NCBI GenBank assembly: GCA_033549065.1
Contig: JAWSUE010000012.1
Span: 5,222 to 69,221 of the forward strand
Source: Bacillota bacterium
GTDB lineage: Bacteria; Bacillota; Dethiobacteria; DTU022
Reading direction: 5' to 3'
DNA length: 64,000 nt
Shown here: in pieces, positions 57,452 through 64,000 of the stretch
Position numbering within the stretch: position 1 is the stretch's first letter
Layout: every line of letters begins with the position of its first letter
Translations under genes and position numbers: made by a program
Notes under the pieces: generated by a model
The model's database searches: none
Seen by the model: only the letters and a program-made list of their open reading frames with translations
What the model was told of the DNA's origin: nothing

Positions 57452-58384
57452 TCATAAAAGTAATGAGAGCAGGGCGGCGGCAACCATGGTTAATCCGGTA
57501 ATCTGGTAGATCTGAATTGTTTTTGCATTGGCTTCGGTCAGCACCGGGATATTGTTGTAATGCTGACGGGCAACCCTGATTGCTTTTATCGAAACTGGAA
57601 GACTCAAAAGAGAGAGGAGCCAGAAAGGGTTTCTGCTAATGACTGCCAGTAAGATAAATGACAGGTAAGCAAGCCCGAATAAAAGTACAAAGATATTAAC
57701 ACCCTTCTCTTTGCCTAAGCGGACCAATCCATTTAGTTTCCCGCCTTTTAGATCAGCCTCGTAATCCGGATACTGGTTGATCCAGAGCACATTGGCAATA
57801 AGGAATCCGATCGGCAGGGAAGCCAATATAACCAGGGGAGTGATCGTATGGGCCTGAACAAGAAAAGTACCTGTGGTGATCAGCGGTCCGAAGGTAAGGC
57901 CAACAACCATTTCTCCTATCCCGCGGTATGCAAACTTGAAAGGAGGAAGGCTGTAGGAGAGGGCAAAGAACACACCGGCCAGACCGACCCAGATCACTGC
58001 AAATTCCCGGGCAAGCACGATATATATTCCAAGTATACATCCCAAAAGTATGGTAACCATACCGATTACCAGATTTTCTTTTAAGGATAATTTACCGTCT
58101 ATTATGGTTTTTTTGCCGCCGCTGAAGGGGGTACGTTTATCCGGAGTTACAAAGCGGTCAACCCCGCTTAAATAATCGACATATTCATTGAAAGCGTTTT
58201 TACCAATTTCGATCAGGTATATTGCCACTGCCCCAATCAGGAACCAACCCCAACTGAAAGATCCGAGATATGCATAAGCGAGGGCAGCACCCACGGCCAT
58301 GGGTATTGTCGATGCTATCCATATTTTCGGATCGGCAATTTGCCAGAAACCCTGCCAGAATCTTTTTAACCGGTTTTCCGCCAT
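57452..58384 (-). CDS. UbiA family prenyltransferase (MenA-like)
   Basis: Eight to nine TM helices with the NEYVDYLSGVDR Asp-rich motif. I prefer the ATG at 58384 (MAENRLK...), which avoids an 80-nt overlap with lysC. Confidence 0.7.
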   Translation of the reverse strand: MAENRLKRFWQGFWQIADPKIWIASTIPMAVGAALAYAYLGSFSWGWFLIGAVAIYLIEIGKNAFNEYVDYLSGVDRFVTPDKRTPFSGGKKTIIDGKLSLKENLVIGMVTILLGCILGIYIVLAREFAVIWVGLAGVFFALSYSLPPFKFAYRGIGEMVVGLTFGPLITTGTFLVQAHTITPLVILASLPIGFLIANVLWINQYPDYEADLKGGKLNGLVRLGKEKGVNIFVLLFGLAYLSFILLAVISRNPFWLLSLLSLPVSIKAIRVARQHYNNIPVLTEANAKTIQIYQITGLTMVAAALLSLLL

Positions 58385-58385
58385 G

Positions 58386-59636
58386 CTACTCCTTTTCTGA
58401 GGGGCGATGTGGCTTTTCGTCAAGGCCAAATGTATTATGAATAGCCCTGACAGCAAGTTCACCATATTTCTCTTCTATAACGCAGGATATTCGATATTCA
58501 GAAGTACTGATCATCTCGATATTGATATTTTCATCAGCCAGCGATTTGAACATTCTGAATGCCACCCCGGGATGGCTTTTAATCCCTATCCCAACAGCTG
58601 AAACCTTTACTATGTTATTATCAGCCAGCATTTCCAGAGCCCCGATTTCTTCGGTCACTATACTGACCAGTTTGCTTGCATGATCCAACTCGGAGGTTGG
58701 CACTGTGAAGGTGAAGTCGGCGAAACCGTCGATACTGGCGTTCTGAATAATCATATCGACATTAATTGCCGCGTCGGCCAGGGGAGAGAGGATTCTGTAA
58801 GCAATTCCCGGACGGTCGGGAACCCTGATTAGTGAGATTTTCGATACATTTTTTTCCAGGGTCACACCCTTGATTATTAAGTTTTCCATTTCATCCTCCT
58901 CGTTAACAATCCAGGTTTCCCTGTCTCCCCCAAACGATGATTTAACCACCAGGGGCACCTGGTACTTTTGAGCCAGTTCAACTGAACGGGCATGCAGTAC
59001 TTTTGCTCCAAGCCCAGCCAATTCAAGCATTTCCTGGTATGACACCTTTTCAAGATGGCGGGCATGGGGGCATATACCTGGGTCGGCAGTATACACTCCA
59101 TCAACATCAGTATATATCTCGCAACAGTCAGCCTTCAGGGCAGCTGCAAGAGCAACTGCGGTTGTATCAGATCCGCCACGACCGAGAGTTGTAATACTTC
59201 CGTCTTCGGCAACCCCCTGAAAACCGGTTATAACCGGTATTATATCTTCCTGAATTGTTTTTTCAAGAACTTCTGTCTGCAGATCAAGAATACGAGCCCG
59301 GTTATGAATATTGTCGGTTACAAGAGGAAGCTGCAAACCCAGGAAAGACCTTGCAGTCTGCCCCAGGCTTACCAAAGTCATTGCCAGCAAGGCGGCGCAA
59401 GCCTGTTCTCCGGTAGCAAGCAGTGCGTCCAGTTCTCGTGCAGAAGGGTTTGTCGTAATCTCACCAGCCAATTCAAGTAAATGATCAGTTTGATCTCCCA
59501 TGGCGGAAACTACGACAGCTACCCGGTTTCCTTCCTGTCTGGCCTTGGCAACCTTAACTGCTACCCTGCGGATATGGTCGATGGATGCAACCGAGGTGCC
59601 ACCATATTTCTGAATAATCAAGGCCAAAATGTTCAC
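58386..59636 (-). CDS. lysC: aspartate kinase
   Basis: The amino-acid kinase N-terminus (KYGGTSV) and two C-terminal ACT domains. GTG start; the exact start is uncertain. Confidence 0.85.
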   Translation of the reverse strand: MNILALIIQKYGGTSVASIDHIRRVAVKVAKARQEGNRVAVVVSAMGDQTDHLLELAGEITTNPSARELDALLATGEQACAALLAMTLVSLGQTARSFLGLQLPLVTDNIHNRARILDLQTEVLEKTIQEDIIPVITGFQGVAEDGSITTLGRGGSDTTAVALAAALKADCCEIYTDVDGVYTADPGICPHARHLEKVSYQEMLELAGLGAKVLHARSVELAQKYQVPLVVKSSFGGDRETWIVNEEDEMENLIIKGVTLEKNVSKISLIRVPDRPGIAYRILSPLADAAINVDMIIQNASIDGFADFTFTVPTSELDHASKLVSIVTEEIGALEMLADNNIVKVSAVGIGIKSHPGVAFRMFKSLADENINIEMISTSEYRISCVIEEKYGELAVRAIHNTFGLDEKPHRPSEKE

Positions 59637-59725
59637 GCACCTTTACTATGGAGAAAATGTTCCATTCCGAAAAATGAATGTCACTATTTTCTCATATTTG
59701 GCGCGCCGATACAAGTTTTTTCGGA

Positions 59726-60856
59726 TTACCTGAGAATTTCAAGAAAGGCCTGAATTCTTGTCTTAATCGCTTCAGAAGGCTCAAAGCTATAATTGTCGTC
59801 AATCAGAAGCATGGGAAACCCTTCTTTTTTCAGGTAGTCACGCAGGTCCGGGTAATCAAGTTTATGGGGATCGCAAAAAGAGATGCAGTATCCGATAATA
59901 CCATCAACCTCATATTCTCTGACCCTTTCAAGAATATAATCAAACCTGTTTACTCCGGGACCGCGATCTGTCCTGGGACACTGAAAATTGATAAAGTAAT
60001 GTTCAGTTAAACTTTCATAGGGATCATCAGTCTGGGGGATGTCTTCTTCCCATGTTCTGAAACCGATACAGGTATCATCTGCGACTACTTTTCCTCCAGA
60101 TTCTTCGATTAACCGGTATAATGAAGAGTCATCCATTATGCTTCCCCAAACCAGTATCCGGGGGAAGATTTCGCTGCCCTGTTTACGTTCAGAAGCAGTA
60201 TCCAGGGTTTTTTTGAGTAATGCTCTGAACTCACTGGCCGGCAGCGCTCCTCCCGTAATCAGCAGGTCGATCATTTCACTGCCTTCGATAAGAGGAATTT
60301 TTTCTTTTCGAAGAGCATAGAGTTTTCTTACCAGGGAACGGTTTTCATTATAGAGATTAATGGAATCCTTTAATGCCGATTCTTCAACATTTTTACCTGT
60401 AAATTTTTCCAGGCTTTCCCTGAAAAATCCCAGTTCACGCTTGTAAAAACGCCGTGCTTGCGGGCTGACCTGATGTGGAACATTAAACATGTATGAATAA
60501 GCCAGGGGGTGATAATGAGTCCAGATTCCGTAAAGCCGCTGGACCATATCACAGCTGTGAGAGATGATCAAACCATCCAAAAAATCATAATGCCCCCGGA
60601 CTGCCCTGGAGAGGACACTGCGGACATAGGTACATCCGTAGGGCTCTACATAAGAATCTGCAGCTGAAGTATCTTCTCCCGGAAAACTGGTAATCCTGTA
60701 AGGGATAGCGCCGGCAGCGCTGATCAGTTCCGGGGGAGCAAAACAGCAGAGGTAACCGATAACCGGTTTGTTTGTTTCAGCTTTTATCCGGCGAATCATT
60801 TCTTCATTTTGAGCAGTTATACTGTTATTTTTCCGACCAATAAGTTTGGCATTCAT
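59726..60856 (-). CDS. 2-hydroxyacyl-CoA dehydratase family protein (HgdB/BcrC/BadD-like subunit)
   Basis: Family-wide similarity including conserved Cys ligand positions. Confidence 0.7.
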   Translation of the reverse strand: MNAKLIGRKNNSITAQNEEMIRRIKAETNKPVIGYLCCFAPPELISAAGAIPYRITSFPGEDTSAADSYVEPYGCTYVRSVLSRAVRGHYDFLDGLIISHSCDMVQRLYGIWTHYHPLAYSYMFNVPHQVSPQARRFYKRELGFFRESLEKFTGKNVEESALKDSINLYNENRSLVRKLYALRKEKIPLIEGSEMIDLLITGGALPASEFRALLKKTLDTASERKQGSEIFPRILVWGSIMDDSSLYRLIEESGGKVVADDTCIGFRTWEEDIPQTDDPYESLTEHYFINFQCPRTDRGPGVNRFDYILERVREYEVDGIIGYCISFCDPHKLDYPDLRDYLKKEGFPMLLIDDNYSFEPSEAIKTRIQAFLEILR

Positions 60857-60857
60857 C

Positions 60858-62192
60858 CTAGTTACCTCCCTTTTTTGTTCGATCTACCGTTTCGAGAAAT
60901 GCATGCAGCCGTGTTTTGATCTGGGCATCTGACCATAGCCGGGGATCAGCCATATCGCTCTCAAATATCAATGATGGGATACCGATTTCTGCAAGACGGT
61001 TTTTCGTGTGAACTTCTCCGAATGATACAGCCCGGCAGGAGCGTGTAAGATGCATAATTGCCCCGCTAAGGCTGAAATCTTTGACCAACTCTTCCAGTAG
61101 CGAGCTGCCGACAAATCCGCCGAAGACAGCTGGGTTGCAGAGCTCGGGCATGGCTTCCGCACCATAGTCATGCATCTTCACCGCCCTTTGCCAGGTTCGT
61201 TTGACTATTGCCTCGAGCGGGTCGGAGAGGTCGACTTCAAAATGATCTCCCACGTTATAGGTTGACTCATAAGCAAATACGGCTCCCAGCGACTCCAGGT
61301 AATTGAAAATACCCATGTTGAACCATGGCGGCAGGCCAAACCAGATAAATCGATATTTTTCATCTTCAACAACGCCTATGCCTCGTTCAACACGATCCTT
61401 TACTTCTTCGTACATTTCCCGGTAGAAATCTACTGCCTCCTGGTCTCCCACCAGGTACATTTGGGGAATAATTGCATGGAAATAGTCTGTTGATCCCATC
61501 GGAGAGGGGATTGCTTTACGTAATGCCAGGGTATCCCGCCAGTAAGCCAACGCTTTATGAGAGAGGGCCATTATTTCTCTCAGAAGTGCCAGATCAAGTT
61601 TCTTGCCCGTATGCTTTTCCAGAAATTCAATCTGTCCCGCCAGATCTTCGCGGAGAAGAGTCAGGTAATGCTCCTCGATCCGCGGGTCTCTGGGGTTTAT
61701 ATCGTAGGGAGGGGCCAGGGGATCACTGCTGTAAACGGGAACGTCAAAGAAGCGGGTTGCAATCGACTGAAACCATTTCCAGCGCGGTTCACAGATAAAA
61801 CCGGAACCGAGCAGCATAGCCGGTGTTCCCATACCCCCGGGAAGGGGAGATTCGGGAGGGGCTTCACCGGTTTCCTTGAAAAGTTTACAATAACCCATCG
61901 TGTTGGTTACGTAGGAACAGAGTTCCGGTGAGTAGCCATCGCCCTCGGCAACTTCAATAAATTTGGGGGCCACCAACCTGCTGGCACACATTGTCCCGAA
62001 GTTTTCAGGCCATTCAAATAGAAGATCAAATGCTTTCAATAACTCGGGAGGGACTCCCACCATGCACCAGGCCAAAGGTTCATTGCTGAAACGTCGTTCA
62101 ATCATCCGCATGAAGAATCTGGGCAGCATCTCTTTCATTTTCCGGGTTGTTTCCAGGTGGCGTTTAGCCCGGCTCATTTCGCTTTGGGTCAT
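60858..62192 (-). CDS. 2-hydroxyacyl-CoA dehydratase family protein (HgdA/BcrB/BadE-like subunit)
   Basis: Family similarity. It is adjacent to its partner subunit with a 1-nt intergenic gap. Confidence 0.7.
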   Translation of the reverse strand: MTQSEMSRAKRHLETTRKMKEMLPRFFMRMIERRFSNEPLAWCMVGVPPELLKAFDLLFEWPENFGTMCASRLVAPKFIEVAEGDGYSPELCSYVTNTMGYCKLFKETGEAPPESPLPGGMGTPAMLLGSGFICEPRWKWFQSIATRFFDVPVYSSDPLAPPYDINPRDPRIEEHYLTLLREDLAGQIEFLEKHTGKKLDLALLREIMALSHKALAYWRDTLALRKAIPSPMGSTDYFHAIIPQMYLVGDQEAVDFYREMYEEVKDRVERGIGVVEDEKYRFIWFGLPPWFNMGIFNYLESLGAVFAYESTYNVGDHFEVDLSDPLEAIVKRTWQRAVKMHDYGAEAMPELCNPAVFGGFVGSSLLEELVKDFSLSGAIMHLTRSCRAVSFGEVHTKNRLAEIGIPSLIFESDMADPRLWSDAQIKTRLHAFLETVDRTKKGGN

Positions 62193-62283
62193 GCTTCAGC
62201 CTCCTTAACCTTTACTGCACTCTTTATTCTTGATTTCAGCCTGCTAATCCTTCCGAATCATTGTTGCCGTTGATCGCCTTCGC

Positions 62284-62312
62284 GTTGACAGCGGGCAGCC
62301 GACATGCTAACT
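62284..62312 (+). promoter_or_regulatory. candidate promoter TTGACA-N17-TAACTT for hisG
   Basis: A good -35 element but a weak -10 element, about 35 nt upstream of hisG. Confidence 0.3.
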
Positions 62313-62346
62313 TATTACTATTGGAATGAGAAAGGGTGTGTAATCT

Positions 62347-63219
62347 ATGGGAATATTAAAGCTGGGCCTGCCGGCCGGAAGTCTGCAGAATACAACACTT
62401 GAGATGTTCAAGAAGGCCGGTTATAATATACAGATCGGTGAACGCTCTTATTATCCCTATATTGATGACGAAGAGATTGAATGTGTCCTGATGAGGGCTC
62501 AGGAAATACCGAAATATGTTGAAGAACAGGTTCTCGATGTCGGTTTAACCGGGAAGGACTGGATTACTGAAACCGGGGCTGACGTTGTTGAACTGGCCGA
62601 TTTGAATTATTCAAAAAGGGGACTACGCCCGGTCCGCCTGGTTCTGGCAGTTCCCCAGAATTCCCCTTTCGAAAAGGTTGAAGACCTGGAAGGCAAACGT
62701 ATTGCAACAGAATTGGTTGAGACAACCCGCCGTTACCTGGAAGAGAAGGGTGTAAATGCTGCAGTATCATTTTCCTGGGGAGCAACGGAGGTTAAACCGC
62801 CTCTGTTGGCTGATGCCATAGCGGAGTTAACCGAAACGGGACGTTCACTGAAGGCCAACCAGCTGAAAATAATCGAAACAATACTGATTTCAACACCCAG
62901 GGTAATTATGAACCGGGCGAGCGCAGGGGATCCCTGGAAACTAAAAAAAGTGGAACGGATGGTTACTTTGCTTAAAGGGGCATTACTTGCCGAGCAGAAA
63001 GTAATGCTTAAAATGAATGTCCATAGCGATAACCTGGCGAAGGTGATTGACCTGCTGCCGGCGCTGAGGAAGCCAACTATATCTAATTTATGTGCTGACA
63101 AGTGGGTGGCTGTGGAGAGTGTTGTCGATGAGAAAAAGGTGCGAACACTGATTTGCGATTTACAGGAAGCGGGAGCAGAGGGGATCCTTGAGTTCCCGAT
63201 GAATAAAATAATCCCGTAA
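62347..63219 (+). CDS. hisG: ATP phosphoribosyltransferase, long form with C-terminal regulatory domain
   Basis: HisG catalytic domain plus the HisG_C domain. 290 aa. Confidence 0.85.
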   Translation: MGILKLGLPAGSLQNTTLEMFKKAGYNIQIGERSYYPYIDDEEIECVLMRAQEIPKYVEEQVLDVGLTGKDWITETGADVVELADLNYSKRGLRPVRLVLAVPQNSPFEKVEDLEGKRIATELVETTRRYLEEKGVNAAVSFSWGATEVKPPLLADAIAELTETGRSLKANQLKIIETILISTPRVIMNRASAGDPWKLKKVERMVTLLKGALLAEQKVMLKMNVHSDNLAKVIDLLPALRKPTISNLCADKWVAVESVVDEKKVRTLICDLQEAGAEGILEFPMNKIIP

Positions 63220-63223
63220 ATTT

Positions 63224-64000
63224 ATGAAGAGGGGTGTGGGTGTTTTGGAAAAGGAAAAGAGAGATAATCAGGAATTCCTCAATAAGATTATGAAACCTCA
63301 GATTCTACTGGGTGCTGTTGCTGTTTTGCTGATAGCAGTGATTGTCCTGGCTGTTTTGTTATTCTCGACAGCGCCGGGTAGTAAAGAAGCGGTAGCGTTG
63401 GTAAACGGTGAAGAAATTACCAGGGACGAACTTTTTGAGGCTATGTACGAACAAAACGGGCAGGAAGCGCTCGATCAGCTTATCACCAGGAAATTGATTT
63501 TACAGAAAGCGACTGTCGAAGGCATAACAGTTACGAGCGAAGAGATTGATGCGGAGGTTAATACGATCATCGATGATAATTTCCAGGGATCGGAAGAAGA
63601 CTTCCTGATGGTTCTCGATTATTATGGCATATCTCTGGATGATTTCAGGGAAGATGCCAGGTTAAATTTATTGGTCCGCAATCTGGCCATGAGCCAAATC
63701 GATACATCAGATGATACAGTGAGAACGTTTTTTGAAGAAAACCGTTCACGGTTTGACCAGCAGGAAGAAGTTGAAGCCAGACATATCCTGGTTGAAAGCG
63801 AAGAAGAAGCCTTGGATGTATTGACCCGGCTGAGGGATGGTGAAGAATTTGCCTTCCTTGCTGCCGAATATTCTCTCGATCAATCGAACAAAGATAACGG
63901 TGGGTACCTTGGGTTCTTTGGAAGAGGAGCGATGGTCGAAGAATTTGAGACAGAGGCGTTCAATCTTGCGATTGATGAAATCAGCGAACCGGTTGAAACC
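63224..64000 (+). CDS. PrsA/SurA-like parvulin-type peptidyl-prolyl isomerase, membrane-anchored (3' end outside the window)
   Basis: The frame is open to the end of the window and is not in the ORF track. It has a TM anchor ([20 protein letters not shown]), a SurA-like N-terminal domain and a parvulin domain ([10 protein letters not shown]...[17 protein letters not shown]). The start is ambiguous among the ATG at 63224, the TTG at 63245 and the ATG at 63290. Confidence 0.65.
   Translation, partial: MKRGVGVLEKEKRDNQEFLNKIMKPQILLGAVAVLLIAVIVLAVLLFSTAPGSKEAVALVNGEEITRDELFEAMYEQNGQEALDQLITRKLILQKATVEGITVTSEEIDAEVNTIIDDNFQGSEEDFLMVLDYYGISLDDFREDARLNLLVRNLAMSQIDTSDDTVRTFFEENRSRFDQQEEVEARHILVESEEEALDVLTRLRDGEEFAFLAAEYSLDQSNKDNGGYLGFFGRGAMVEEFETEAFNLAIDEISEPVET

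Noticed and set aside
59637-59725. Lysine riboswitch or T-box upstream of lysC
   Set aside because: The intergenic region is only about 90 nt with no conserved L-box or T-box features. lysC is probably co-transcribed with the upstream dehydratase-like genes.
1-64000. CRISPR arrays, IS elements, integrases and phage genes
   Set aside because: I saw no direct-repeat/spacer arrays, transposase or integrase ORFs, or terminal inverted repeats. The only repeats are short regulatory palindromes and the two riboswitch-like copies.

Overview
This 64-kb window looks like chromosomal DNA from an anaerobic Firmicutes-type bacterium (roughly 45% GC), with dense, mostly co-directional genes and Shine-Dalgarno sites. 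It contains about 60 protein-coding genes, one tRNA (tRNA-Sec, selC) and several non-coding regulatory elements. I found no mobile elements or CRISPR arrays.

Four parts of the window stand out:

- **Quaternary-amine/methylamine methyltransferase locus (16.8-27.1 kb).** It is apparently sigma-54-dependent and includes a BCCT betaine-type transporter, a B12 corrinoid protein, three pyrrolysine-free MttB-superfamily methyltransferase paralogs (one more at 8.5 kb), an MtrH/MtgA-type methyl-THF:corrinoid methyltransferase, and an unexpected hydantoinase/oxoprolinase-family ATPase. A sigma-54 enhancer-binding protein sits just upstream, with a consensus -24/-12 promoter and palindromic upstream sites.
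- **Tungstate island (29-33.6 kb, minus strand).** tupABC plus a MOT1/SulP-like transporter and a Mop molbindin gene are each preceded, in the minus-strand sense, by one copy of a conserved ~100-nt structured RNA with its own intrinsic terminator. I read these as Moco/W-cofactor-type riboswitches.
- **Second sigma-54 regulon (47.5-56.4 kb).** A class-III aminotransferase, a poly-ferredoxin, a tungsten-type aldehyde:ferredoxin oxidoreductase, MoaD/ThiS, a Na+/solute symporter and a saccharopine-dehydrogenase-family enzyme are transcribed from a perfect -24/-12 promoter. A paralogous enhancer-binding protein is encoded divergently and spermidine synthase lies next to it, suggesting an anaerobic omega-amine/polyamine oxidation pathway.
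- **Selenium usage.** selC (tRNA-Sec, anticodon UCA) lies at 36.0 kb. At 46.6-47.4 kb an ArsR-family regulator gene is followed by a HesB/IscA-like selenoprotein gene with an in-frame TGA and a downstream hairpin, then a 40-aa desulforedoxin gene. Both small genes are absent from the ORF track.

The rest of the window is housekeeping: MnmA, Nif3, TatC, aspartate kinase, HisG, an Fe(III)-type ABC transporter, a MATE exporter, a GH13 alpha-glucosidase that appears to use a non-canonical ATT start, a REC-GGDEF-HD-GYP regulator and a pair of 2-hydroxyacyl-CoA-dehydratase-like genes.
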